A program made the translations under genes and the position numbers. This document shows positions 52,084 through 62,559 of a DNA stretch of 64,000 nt, one piece after another. The notes below the pieces were generated by a model, which worked only from the letters and a program-made list of their open reading frames with translations, had not been told where the DNA came from and did no database searches. Numbering within the stretch: position 1 is the stretch's first letter; every line of letters starts with the position of its first letter. Source of the stretch: Clostridium sp. (lineage in GTDB: Bacteria > Bacillota > Clostridia > Clostridiales > Clostridiaceae); the NCBI GenBank assembly GCA_036820645.1, contig DAISLB010000005.1, positions 9,346-73,345 of the forward strand, read 5' to 3'.

Positions 52084-54222
52084 TTACTCTACAAAATTAG
52101 ATAACTTGGGTTTAAATCCATTTTCAACCCAATAATCCTTATTATATTGTAATAATATTTGTTCATCATAGTTATTTTTTATTGTAATGTTATAGAAAAC
52201 TTGCTGACTATTGACACTCTCCTTTCCCCTTCTATCAATTCTAGTATAAGATCCATCTGTATTTAAAATTCTAGCCTTTACTGTATCTGATAAAGATATA
52301 TCTAAAATCTGTTTTATTTTAGATATTGCACTTTTATCTTCAACCGGAAATAACATTTCTACTCTTCTATCTAAATTTCTATCCATCCAATCTGCACTGG
52401 AAAGATATATTGTTTCATCTCCATCGTTGTAAAAACAATAAATACGGCTGTGTTCCAAAAGTCTTCCAACAATGCTTCTTACGGTTATATTTTCACTTAT
52501 TCCTGAAATACCTGGTCTTAGACAGCAAATTCCACGTACAATTAAATGGATATTTACCCCAGCACTTGAGGCCTTATATAAAGCTTTGATAATTTGCGTA
52601 TCTACTAAAGAATTCATTTTTGCAATAATTTTAGCAGGTTTACCCATACTTGCGTTTTCTGTCTCTTGAGATATCATGTAAAGGAAACGCTCCCTTAAAT
52701 TTAAAGGTGCCAAACTTAATTTATATAAATCAGTTGGATGAGAGTGACCCGATAGCATATTAAATATGGCAGAAGCGTCTGAACCTATATAAGGATTTGT
52801 GGTAAACAACCCTAAGTCTGTATATAATTTTGCTGTGACATCATTATAATTACCTGTACCTAAATGAACATAGCGCTTAATCCCAGTATTTTCTTTACGA
52901 ACAACGAGTAATATTTTACAATGAGTTTTAAGCCCAACTAAGCCATAAATTACATGACAACCTGCCTTTTCTAGGCGCTTGGCCCAAATAATATTGTTTT
53001 CCTCATCAAACCTTGCTTTTAATTCAACTAAAACTGTAACCTGTTTGCCCTGTTCCCCAGCATTAATTAAAGCTTCTATAATAGGGGATTTTCCACTTAC
53101 ACGATATAAAGTCTGTTTTATTGCTAAAACATTTGGATCTGCAGCTGCCTGTTTTACCAAATTAATAATTGGATCAAAAGATTCGTAAGGATGGTGTAAT
53201 AAAATATCTTTCTTTGAAATTGCCTCAAATATATTTTTAGTTTTTAAAAACTCATGTGGAATTTGAGGTTTCATGGGAGCATATTCTAGATGACTATATC
53301 CTGTTTTTTTAGTAAGTTTCATTAAAAAAGTTAAATCAATAGGCCCATTAATTTCATATTCTTGATCTTTTAAAATTTCCAGTTCTTCTTCAAGAATATG
53401 AAGTAACACTTTATCAATGCCAATTTCAAATTCTAGTCTTACTTCATTTCCCCATTTACGCTGTTTTAGTGATTCTTCAATAGCTTCTAATAAATCTTCT
53501 GCTCCTTCTTCATCTAAAGTTAAATCAGCATTACGTGTAATGCGGTAGCAGCTTGAAGCTATGATTTTATAATTAGTAAATAGAAAGTTTAAATTCATTT
53601 TGATGATGTCTTCTAAAAACACAAAGGATTTTCCATTATTGCAAGGAATCTCAATGATTCTTTCTAATACTGATGGAACCTGGATAGTAGCAAAAGTATA
53701 TTCATTAGTACCCTCATTTTTTTGAAGTAATAAGCCAATATTTAAGCTGCGATTTAAAATTAATGGAAAAGGCCTGCTGTTATCAACTACCATAGGTGTT
53801 AATACAGGATAAACGTTTTTTAAATAATAGTCTTCAATGTACTCATATTGTTCTCGATTAAATTTTTTAGGTTTTAAGAAAAATATATTTTCCTTTCTTA
53901 AAGCTAGTTTCAAAGATCGATTATAACAATTTAATTGGTCATAAACTAGCTTATGAACATGTATAGATATTTTATTCATTTCTTCTATTGGAGTTAATCC
54001 AACAGCATCTGGTTTGTTAAATCCAGCAGCAATCTGATCTGATAAGGAACCTACACGTATCATAAAAAATTCATCTAAATTAGAACTTACAATGGATTCA
54101 AATTTTAACCTTTCAAAAAGTGGATTACTGGTATCTTGAGCCTCTTCTAGAACTCTTTTGTTGAACTCTATCCAACTTAATTCTCTGTTTATGAAATTTT
54201 CAGGTGAACGATAAATACTCAT
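52084..54222 (-). CDS. ppk1: Polyphosphate kinase 1
   Basis: NRELSW, NLDEFFMIRV, HHPYESF, KQTLYR, ARFDE, KTHCK, SADWMDRNLDRRVE. Confidence 0.97.
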   Translation of the reverse strand: MSIYRSPENFINRELSWIEFNKRVLEEAQDTSNPLFERLKFESIVSSNLDEFFMIRVGSLSDQIAAGFNKPDAVGLTPIEEMNKISIHVHKLVYDQLNCYNRSLKLALRKENIFFLKPKKFNREQYEYIEDYYLKNVYPVLTPMVVDNSRPFPLILNRSLNIGLLLQKNEGTNEYTFATIQVPSVLERIIEIPCNNGKSFVFLEDIIKMNLNFLFTNYKIIASSCYRITRNADLTLDEEGAEDLLEAIEESLKQRKWGNEVRLEFEIGIDKVLLHILEEELEILKDQEYEINGPIDLTFLMKLTKKTGYSHLEYAPMKPQIPHEFLKTKNIFEAISKKDILLHHPYESFDPIINLVKQAAADPNVLAIKQTLYRVSGKSPIIEALINAGEQGKQVTVLVELKARFDEENNIIWAKRLEKAGCHVIYGLVGLKTHCKILLVVRKENTGIKRYVHLGTGNYNDVTAKLYTDLGLFTTNPYIGSDASAIFNMLSGHSHPTDLYKLSLAPLNLRERFLYMISQETENASMGKPAKIIAKMNSLVDTQIIKALYKASSAGVNIHLIVRGICCLRPGISGISENITVRSIVGRLLEHSRIYCFYNDGDETIYLSSADWMDRNLDRRVEMLFPVEDKSAISKIKQILDISLSDTVKARILNTDGSYTRIDRRGKESVNSQQVFYNITIKNNYDEQILLQYNKDYWVENGFKPKLSNFVE

Positions 54223-54241
54223 TTTTTCTTCCTTTCTCAGA

Positions 54242-55792
54242 TTATATCATGGGTTTTACTCCTAATACTTCTTCAAAGAAATCTGAATTACGCATAAAAT
54301 TCCATTCTTCTAAAACAATATCTTCTTCAGAGTTTAAATTGAAATAAAGTAAGTCTTTATCTGATGTCAATTTCAACTCTTTTATTTTTTCAAGGTGAGA
54401 TATATCTAAAGCTTCTGCTAATTTTAAAATAGCAGATAAAATAGAAACAGTCATTTTATCCTGATCACATAAAATATAATAATCTTTGTGGGATTGCTTT
54501 GGAGTTTCTTCGGAATGATATCTTGCTATGTTGGCCGTTAACTGTAAGTCTTTATCAGAAAATCCAATAATATTCTGATTGCAAATTATATTATAGGATT
54601 GAATACAATGGTTACAGGCATCTACAAAAATTCCTACATCGTGAAGAATAGAGGCCACCTGTAAATAAAGTCTTTCCTTTTCTCCAAGTTTATGAAGCTT
54701 TTTAGTTTGGTCAAATATAGATAAAGCAATTTTTTCAACAAAAGCTGCATGCTTTTTATTAATTCTATATTTCTCAGCAATATACCACACAGAACTAATA
54801 ATATAATTTTGGGATTCTTTTTTCTTATTAATATCGAGTAAATCCTCTGCTAGGTCATATAAAATGCCTTTTCTTAGGGATGTCATTGGAATTTGTATAT
54901 TTTTACTTTTAGTTATTTTAAGGAAGCAATGAAAAATTAAAATTGAAGGCAAAAGCAACTCAGCAACTTTATAAGAAACACCGTACGTAAATCTTATTTG
55001 ATCATTTGTCATTCTTCGAATATGTTTATATAATTGCATAAAATCTTCTCTTTTTATGAAGTTACCATCTTTTAAAAAATGTTTTTGATTATTAGAATTA
55101 CTCTTTGCCCTTATAATTTTCCAAATTGTTTTAAGCTCTCCTCCCAGGCCTACTAAACATTCAAAATTAAGGTTTTCTATAGTAGATTTTATTGAATAAA
55201 GTTTATTTTCAATAAACTGCTCCATTATTGCAGGAAAATCTAATGTTTTTGATTCTAATTCACCTAGAGTTTCTCTAAGGCGTAAAGATCCTATTTTTGA
55301 CTGTTCAATAAATTTTAACCGTCCTTTTTCATAAATTGATACTTCAACAGCACCTGAGGTAATATTTACAACTAATACTTGTTTTAAACTGTTTAAATTA
55401 GAATTGTAGTTAATTGCTTTTATCATAAAAAAACGTTCTTGAGTAGCATTAATACATTCAACATTTAAGCCTGTTCGAAGCCTTATTTGTTCTAAAATGT
55501 ATTGCTTATTTTCAGCTTCTCTGATTCCACTAGTAGAAATGGCTTTATAAGATTTTACTCTATAATCTCGTATCAATTGTGTAAAGTTTTTTAAATGATA
55601 ACAGGTTTGATGCATAGTCTGTATAGAAATTTTTTTCGAGGTAAAAGTGTCCTTACCTATGTTTATAGGTTTGATTACATCTTCTAGAATTTTTATAACT
55701 TCATCTGTGTTAATTTCTGCAATACTCATTCTTAAGTAATTAGATCCTATGTCAATGGCAGCAATAGCATTTGCCTCTTTGATTTTTTTCAT
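54242..55792 (-). CDS. Ppx/GppA family protein with HD domain, divergent catalytic motifs
   Basis: IDIGSN and LHDVG present; DIGGGSTE replaced by NITSGAVE; ATG 55792 behind AGGAGGGGAGG. Confidence 0.85.
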   Translation of the reverse strand: MKKIKEANAIAAIDIGSNYLRMSIAEINTDEVIKILEDVIKPINIGKDTFTSKKISIQTMHQTCYHLKNFTQLIRDYRVKSYKAISTSGIREAENKQYILEQIRLRTGLNVECINATQERFFMIKAINYNSNLNSLKQVLVVNITSGAVEVSIYEKGRLKFIEQSKIGSLRLRETLGELESKTLDFPAIMEQFIENKLYSIKSTIENLNFECLVGLGGELKTIWKIIRAKSNSNNQKHFLKDGNFIKREDFMQLYKHIRRMTNDQIRFTYGVSYKVAELLLPSILIFHCFLKITKSKNIQIPMTSLRKGILYDLAEDLLDINKKKESQNYIISSVWYIAEKYRINKKHAAFVEKIALSIFDQTKKLHKLGEKERLYLQVASILHDVGIFVDACNHCIQSYNIICNQNIIGFSDKDLQLTANIARYHSEETPKQSHKDYYILCDQDKMTVSILSAILKLAEALDISHLEKIKELKLTSDKDLLYFNLNSEEDIVLEEWNFMRNSDFFEEVLGVKPMI

Positions 55793-55928
55793 AAAAACCT
55801 CCCCTCCTAAATACATATATTTTTCAAATAAATATATGTATTTATTATGATAATTTCTACACGTCATTTTTTTAATTATAGTATATTTTTAAGACTTATT
55901 GTCGAAAACTTACATATTCTAAACATAC

Positions 55929-55956
55929 TTAACTTATAATTAACATAGCTTTAACA
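55929..55956 (+). promoter_or_regulatory. Pho-box-like direct repeats
   Basis: TTAACT (55929), TTAACA (55940), TTAACA (55951), exact 11-bp period, between divergent polyP genes. Confidence 0.55.
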
Positions 55957-56124
55957 TATAGATTATTATTGTGTATTACCCAATTAAGTTGTTGCAAATA
56001 TCTTAGATATTCAATAAAATTAGAGATAAGTTTATTCATATTATGTATTTCTTGTTATAGGCATAATATATGCACTTAAAAATAATTAAAGTGTTTTTAG
56101 GATGCCTGCGAAAAGGAGGTAAAA

Positions 56125-57633
56125 ATGAAGCAAATAGCAATTATTGATATAGGGTCAAACTCAATGAGATTGGTACTAGTGCAAATTAATGAAAATGATT
56201 GTTTTAGTATAATAGATGAAGTAAAGGAAACTGTACGCCTTGGAAAAGATATGACTATTTATGGAGAGTTAAACCCTTTAAAAATTGAAAAGGCTATAAA
56301 AACATTATCGTTTTTTAAATGTTTATGTAAAGCACAAGGTGTAACAGAAATTATAGCAGTGGCAACAGAAGCGGTACGTAAGGCGTCAAATCAATTAGAT
56401 TTCATAAATAGAGTTAAATCAGAATTAAATATTGAAATTCGAGTGTTACCAGGTACATCAGAGGCTTACTATGACTATTTTGGCAATATAAATAGTATGG
56501 ATATTTCTAATGCACTTTTAATGGATATTGGTGGCAGTAGTACAGAACTTATTTGGGTTAAGAATAGAAATCTTAAACATTCTATTAGTCTACCTTTTGG
56601 TGCAATAAACCTGACAGAAAGATTTTCTTTAAGTAAAGCTATGGACGAAAAAACAGAAAAGGATTTAAAAAAATTTATACTTTCTTTCTATAAAGACATT
56701 CCATGGCTAAGAGAAATAAAGAGCCTTCCCTTAGTTGGTATAGGAGGAACATTTCGAAATATAGCAAAGATTAGTCGAAAAAAGAATGCTTATCCTATAG
56801 TTAATCTTCATAATTATCAAATAGATATAGATGAAGTAATGGAAATATACAATATGTCCAAGGTAAAAGATCACATAGAACGAAAAAAAATAAAAGGATT
56901 ATCAAAAAATAGGGCAGATATATTTTTAGGTGCTGTCGGTGCTGTAGTTACTTTATTTGAATTTTTAGATTTAAAAGAACTCTATGTAAGTGGATGTGGG
57001 ATTAGAGAAGGACTTATTTATGAATACATTTTGAGGAGTAACAAGCCTTTAGAGGATGTTTTAGGTTTTTCAATAAATAATCATATATTTAACTATGAAA
57101 TGAATCTAAATCATGCCAAACAAGTATGGGAACTTACTGAATGTTTATATAATAACCTTAAGTCAATACTAAATATAGATGATGATTTCTATAAAGTTTT
57201 AAAAACAGCTGCACTTCTTCATGACTGTGGAATACGTATAAGCTATTATAATCACCCTGCCCATTCTTTTTATATAATTTTAAATTCTAAAATAAACGGT
57301 TTATCACATAAGGAACAGCTAATGGCTGCATATATAGCTACTCTTCATAGAAAAAATGATTTTAAAATAGATTTAAAGAAGTACGGAAAAATAATAACTG
57401 GAGAAGATATAGAAGTTATTGAAAAGCTAGCACTACTAGTGAGGGTTTGTGACAATTTAGATAGCGGTCTAAATTGTAACGTAAGTAATGTATCCTGTGT
57501 TATAGAATCAGATAATGTAATTATAAGTGTTAAATCTAAAACAGATCCGTTTTTAGAACTAAATCAGGCTCTAGATTGTGCTGGAACTTTTGAAAAAATT
57601 TCTGGTAAGAAGTTAATCATTAAATCAAGGTAA
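56125..57633 (+). CDS. ppx: Exopolyphosphatase Ppx/GppA family
   Basis: IDIGSNS, ATEAVR, GTSEA, DIGGSSTE, GIREG, LHDCG. Confidence 0.92.
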   Translation: MKQIAIIDIGSNSMRLVLVQINENDCFSIIDEVKETVRLGKDMTIYGELNPLKIEKAIKTLSFFKCLCKAQGVTEIIAVATEAVRKASNQLDFINRVKSELNIEIRVLPGTSEAYYDYFGNINSMDISNALLMDIGGSSTELIWVKNRNLKHSISLPFGAINLTERFSLSKAMDEKTEKDLKKFILSFYKDIPWLREIKSLPLVGIGGTFRNIAKISRKKNAYPIVNLHNYQIDIDEVMEIYNMSKVKDHIERKKIKGLSKNRADIFLGAVGAVVTLFEFLDLKELYVSGCGIREGLIYEYILRSNKPLEDVLGFSINNHIFNYEMNLNHAKQVWELTECLYNNLKSILNIDDDFYKVLKTAALLHDCGIRISYYNHPAHSFYIILNSKINGLSHKEQLMAAYIATLHRKNDFKIDLKKYGKIITGEDIEVIEKLALLVRVCDNLDSGLNCNVSNVSCVIESDNVIISVKSKTDPFLELNQALDCAGTFEKISGKKLIIKSR

Positions 57634-57730
57634 TTTCTAGTTTTAATCGAAAATTTATTATAGTGAATGTTACATATTTCTCCCAATGATCTCATATAAT
57701 ATGATGAATTTATTGTAAAAGGGGAAATAT

Positions 57731-58318
57731 ATGTTAAATGTTAGCAGCTATTTAAGTGAAAATGAGGTATTTGAAATTATAGAAAAATATAATGTTCATA
57801 ATATTGTATTTCATGAAAAAAAAGTATCATCTTATGTTGTCGCCTTATTTGATTTTATGAACCAAGATTATCAATTTTTAAAAGAGGACAGAATTTTTTT
57901 AAAATACAGTGCTCTACTTCATGATGTAGGATATTTTATCCAGAAGAAAAAACACCATAAGTATACAAAAAATATTATATTGAAAGAACCTGCTTTAAAT
58001 ACGCTTCCTGATGAAACTCGCATTCTTCTTGCAGCAGTAGCAAGTAGTCATGGAAAATCTATCGATAAATGTATAGAATTTTGTTCGAATAGATTAAAGT
58101 TGAAATTGCTAAAATTAATAGCTCTATTACGGATTGCAGATGCTTTAGATCATAAACATAACTTAAACATTTCTTTGGAGGAAATCAAATTGGAGAATGA
58201 AACTTTGAAAATTAAAATTGCAGGGCAAGGTTGTGAGTATATACCAGAAAAAATTAGCGAAAAATCTAATTTATTTTCTAAAGTATATAAAATGCCCGTA
58301 TCTATAAGATGTTTTTGA
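57731..58318 (+). CDS. Stand-alone HD domain protein (Ppx C-terminal-like)
   Basis: H...LLHDVG...HH...RIADALD. Confidence 0.8.
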   Translation: MLNVSSYLSENEVFEIIEKYNVHNIVFHEKKVSSYVVALFDFMNQDYQFLKEDRIFLKYSALLHDVGYFIQKKKHHKYTKNIILKEPALNTLPDETRILLAAVASSHGKSIDKCIEFCSNRLKLKLLKLIALLRIADALDHKHNLNISLEEIKLENETLKIKIAGQGCEYIPEKISEKSNLFSKVYKMPVSIRCF

Positions 58319-58514
58319 GAGAAAATATTCTAGAGAAAACCGCCAATGCTGGATCTCAAAAAAACAACTACAATTGTATGTAAATATATTTTGGTAAGGT
58401 TCTTATTGTAGAATTGATTTTAAATACTAACTTAACTGGCAGTAACTATAATATTATTATATAATATGTTTGAAGTAGAAGTATTTTAAACATTACAGGG
58501 GAGTGAAAATATAG

Positions 58515-59378
58515 TTGATACTAATAGGGAAATTTAACAAACTGAAAATAGTCAGGGAAGCAAGTTTTGGATACTACTTAGATGCAGAAACAGGTAGAAC
58601 TAAAGACGATATACTTCTTCCTAAAGGTAATATTACTGAAGATACCATTTCTATTGGCGATGAAGTCAACGCATTCATATATAAGGATTCAAGAGATAGA
58701 ATAATATCCACTTTAAAAAAACCTAAAGCCGAAGTAGGTGAGCTTGCCTATTTGAAGGTAGTAGGTAATACTAGTTTTGGCAGTTTCGTAGATATCGGTT
58801 TAGAAAGAGATGTGCTCGTACCTTTAGCAGAGCAAAAGTATAAGCTAATTCCTGAAAAATCTTATTTATTCTATCTATATGTAGATAGAACTGATAGAAT
58901 CGCAGCTACTACAGATATAGATAGATATCTGCTTATCCTAGAAAATGAAGATGATGAAAAGTATTCTCTTGGCAGTGAAGTAAAGGGTACTATTTATGGA
59001 TTTCAAACCAATAACAGTGCTATGGTAGCTGTAGACAATCTTTATCGAGGGGTTATATTAAACAATGAATATTTTACAGATATTCATCCTGGAGATGAAC
59101 TTAACTTAAGGATAAAAAAAATATATGAAGATGGTAAGTTAGGACTCTCTCCTAGGAAAACACCTAAAAATGAAAGATTATCTTTAGAGGAATCTATATT
59201 AAACTATTTAAAAAATCATAATGGATTTATGCCATATAATGATAAAAGTTCTCCAGAAGATATAAGAAATACATTTCATGAAAGTAAAAATTATTTTAAA
59301 AATGCTCTAGGTGGACTTATGAAAAGACACCTTATCCTACAAGATGAAAACGGAACAAAGCTTAAAGACAACAAATAA
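58515..59378 (+). CDS. cvfB: S1-domain RNA-binding protein CvfB/YitL family
   Basis: FGYYL, FIYKDS, DKSSPEDI, SK..FKNALGGLMK. Confidence 0.88.
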   Translation: MILIGKFNKLKIVREASFGYYLDAETGRTKDDILLPKGNITEDTISIGDEVNAFIYKDSRDRIISTLKKPKAEVGELAYLKVVGNTSFGSFVDIGLERDVLVPLAEQKYKLIPEKSYLFYLYVDRTDRIAATTDIDRYLLILENEDDEKYSLGSEVKGTIYGFQTNNSAMVAVDNLYRGVILNNEYFTDIHPGDELNLRIKKIYEDGKLGLSPRKTPKNERLSLEESILNYLKNHNGFMPYNDKSSPEDIRNTFHESKNYFKNALGGLMKRHLILQDENGTKLKDNK

Positions 59379-59402
59379 CATGGGTATTCTAATCAAGGTT
59401 CC

Positions 59403-59590
59403 ATCAGTTAATAATTAATAATGAGAAATCAATAGTTATGGATGATTTTCTTCCGCTAAAGCTGCAGAAAATCTAAAAAAAGCTTATAGAAGCAAAGCTT
59501 CAATAAGCTTTTTTATTTTAAGATTTTTCGCAGCATAGTGGAGAAAAATCGACCTTCACTATTCATTATTAATTCTTAGTTTTTAACTTA
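59403..59590 (+). repeat. Heptamer-armed palindromic element, type A copy 3 (complete, no shell)
   Basis: ATAGTTATGGATGATTTTCTTCCG and AAGATTTTTCGCAGCATAGTGGAGAAAAAT shared with reverse complement of 24978-25150; apex GAAGC-AAA-GCTTC. Confidence 0.85.
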
Positions 59591-59640
59591 AGAAATATCC
59601 GGAATATAAGTTGATTTTTTGCTTACAAACTTTACATTTT

Positions 59641-62268
59641 TTATGAAACATTTTTCACTGATTTTCTATAAACAAGCTTTATAATTTCATTTACTAAAAG
59701 AGGTATCAAACAAAGTAATAATACAAATACCCAATCATTTATTGTAAGTTTAAACACTTTAAATACAGAAGCCAAGAATGGTACTGTAATAACTATACTT
59801 TGCATTATTATACCGATAATTATGGCACCTATTAAGTATTTGTTACTAAAAATTCCAATTTCAAACATAGATTTTTCATCATGCCTAATGCTCAAAGTAT
59901 AAAATAATTGTGATACACTCAGCACTACAAAAGTCATAGTCTGAGCATGTATAAGTGAATTAGGATACAACTTAGTCCCTATATAAAAGGCAACTAGGGT
60001 AAGTACTCCTATTAAAATACCATTTACTACCAAAAATACTCCACTCTTCCCTGAAAACAATCCTTTACGTGGATCTCTAGGTTTCTCCTTCATTATATCA
60101 GGATCATCAGGATCTACCCCAAGTGCTAAAGCTGGAAGACTATCCGTTATAAGATTTACCCAAAGGATATGAATTGGTCTTAAAATTGTAGGCCATCCCA
60201 AAACTATTGCTATAAACAGTGCTATTATTTCTCCTATATTGCATGAAAGAAGAAATACTATGGATTTTCTTATATTATTATATATGTTTCTTCCTTGCTT
60301 TACAGCTTCAACAATAGTTGAAAAATTATCATCTGTAAGCACCATATCCGCAGCACCTTTTGCTACATCTGTTCCCGTAATTCCCATAGCTACACCTATA
60401 TCTGCAGTTTTTAATGAAGGTGCATCATTTACACCATCTCCTGTCATGGATACTATATTTCCTTTTTTCTTCAATGCCTTTACTATATTTACTTTATGCT
60501 CTGGAGACACTCTTGCAAAAACTTTTATGTTATCGATTCTATCATGTATATCTTTTTCTGATAATTTATCAAACTCGGATCCTAATATAGTCTGAGATTC
60601 ATGATCTGCTATGCCAAGTTCTTTTGCTATGGCAAAAGCGGTATTTTTATGATCCCCGGTTATCATAACTACTCCTATGCCAGATTTTTTACACTCATCT
60701 ATAGATTTTTTTACATTTTCTCTAGGCGGATCTATCATTCCCACAAGCCCCACAAATGTCAATTCACTTTCCATGGAATTAATTTCGATTTTAGATAAAT
60801 CTATAACTTTAAAAGCAACAGCCAAAACTCTAAGTGCTTCGTTTGACATAGAATTTGCAGCATTAATTACATTTGACTTTAATTCTTCTGTAAAAGAAAC
60901 AACTTCTCCCTTTAAATATATATGATTACAAATTTTAATTAAATTGTCTACTGCACCTTTTGTAATTACATGATACTTATCCCCATATTTATTTAAGGTA
61001 GTCATAAGCTTTCTATCCGAATCGAAAGGTATTTCATTTACTCTGCTGTGTTCCTTACTTTCATTACCTTTAAATACATTAAATTTAACACCCATTTCTA
61101 AAAGTGCAATTTCAGTAGGATCTCCAGTTTTAGAACTTTCAGAATAAGTAGCATCATTACAAAGTACCATATTTTCTATAAGTGCTTTATGTATGTTATT
61201 TTTTAAATCAATGGCTGAAATCTTATTTAAAATATTATCTGCATAAAATTTTGTAACAGTCATCTTATTCTGAGTCAAAGTCCCGGTTTTATCTGAACAT
61301 ATTATATTTACAGAACCGAGTGTTTCTATAGCTGGTAGTTTTCTAATTATTGCATTTTTGCCTATCATCCTCTGTACTCCTACTGCAAGCACTATAGTAA
61401 CCATAGCTGGCAAACCCTCAGGAATAGCAGCTACAGCTAAACTTATAGCCGTTAAAAACATCTCAAATAAATCTCTCTTTTGAATTATAGCTGTTAAAAA
61501 CATAAGTGCACATATTATAATTACCACAATACCTAGTATTTTACCAAGTTCACCTAACTTTTTTTGAAGAGGCGTTAAATTTTTCTCATCATTATCTAAC
61601 ATTTTGGCTATTTTACCTATTTCAGTATCCATTCCAGTTGCTACAGCCACACCTACTCCTCTTCCATAAGTTACTAAAGTAGACATAAATGCCATATTTT
61701 TTTGATCTCCAAGCGCTATATCTTGATCCTCTAAAATATCTTCTACATACTTATCAGAAGGTACAGATTCCCCCGTTAAAGCAGATTCTTCTATTTTTAA
61801 ATTTACAGTTTCTATTAGTCTCAAATCACAAGGAACATACTTACCCGCATCTAATATGACTATATCTCCTATTACTAGGTTTTCAGAAGAAATCTCTATA
61901 ACTTCTCCATTTCTTTTAACCAATGCTTTAGGTACAGACAATTTTTTTAAAGAATCCAATGCTTTTTCTGCTTTTGATTCCTGAATTATCCCTATTACCG
62001 CATTTAATACAACTACAACCATTATTATGATTGCATCACTTATTTCACTAAGTGCCGCTGAAACCACTGCCGCTGCAAGTAATATATATATAAGTACATC
62101 ATTTATTTGTTCAAATAAAAGCTTTAAAATTGATTTCTTCTTTTTTTCAATTAGCTTATTTTCGCCATATTTTTTTATTCTAGCTGAAGCTTCCTCAGAT
62201 GTTAACCCATTTATTACATCTGTGCTCAATTTTTTTGTTATTTCTTCAATGCTTTTTTTATACCACAT
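59641..62268 (-). CDS. P-type cation (Ca2+) transporting ATPase, type IIA
   Basis: TGES, IPEGL, DKTGT, KGA, TGDGVND. Confidence 0.95.
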   Translation of the reverse strand: MWYKKSIEEITKKLSTDVINGLTSEEASARIKKYGENKLIEKKKKSILKLLFEQINDVLIYILLAAAVVSAALSEISDAIIIMVVVVLNAVIGIIQESKAEKALDSLKKLSVPKALVKRNGEVIEISSENLVIGDIVILDAGKYVPCDLRLIETVNLKIEESALTGESVPSDKYVEDILEDQDIALGDQKNMAFMSTLVTYGRGVGVAVATGMDTEIGKIAKMLDNDEKNLTPLQKKLGELGKILGIVVIIICALMFLTAIIQKRDLFEMFLTAISLAVAAIPEGLPAMVTIVLAVGVQRMIGKNAIIRKLPAIETLGSVNIICSDKTGTLTQNKMTVTKFYADNILNKISAIDLKNNIHKALIENMVLCNDATYSESSKTGDPTEIALLEMGVKFNVFKGNESKEHSRVNEIPFDSDRKLMTTLNKYGDKYHVITKGAVDNLIKICNHIYLKGEVVSFTEELKSNVINAANSMSNEALRVLAVAFKVIDLSKIEINSMESELTFVGLVGMIDPPRENVKKSIDECKKSGIGVVMITGDHKNTAFAIAKELGIADHESQTILGSEFDKLSEKDIHDRIDNIKVFARVSPEHKVNIVKALKKKGNIVSMTGDGVNDAPSLKTADIGVAMGITGTDVAKGAADMVLTDDNFSTIVEAVKQGRNIYNNIRKSIVFLLSCNIGEIIALFIAIVLGWPTILRPIHILWVNLITDSLPALALGVDPDDPDIMKEKPRDPRKGLFSGKSGVFLVVNGILIGVLTLVAFYIGTKLYPNSLIHAQTMTFVVLSVSQLFYTLSIRHDEKSMFEIGIFSNKYLIGAIIIGIIMQSIVITVPFLASVFKVFKLTINDWVFVLLLCLIPLLVNEIIKLVYRKSVKNVS

Positions 62269-62559
62269 AAAATCCCCTGCCTTCCATTCTATTTTTTGAA
62301 TTCACTATAATCTTATGCACATTAAATAATTATTATTGTAATAAAATTATACTGTACAGGATAATTTGTCTTATTATGTAATTATTGTTTTTATATGTTT
62401 TTCAAAATTAAAAAATATATATTTTAATTTAATTTTAAATACAATTAACTATATTTTTGACAAAATATTATATATAATAAGTATATGATATTTTGTTATA
62501 GTGATTCTAAATTAATTCTTAAACTAGAATCACTATAAATAAAGAGGTGGAGGATTATT

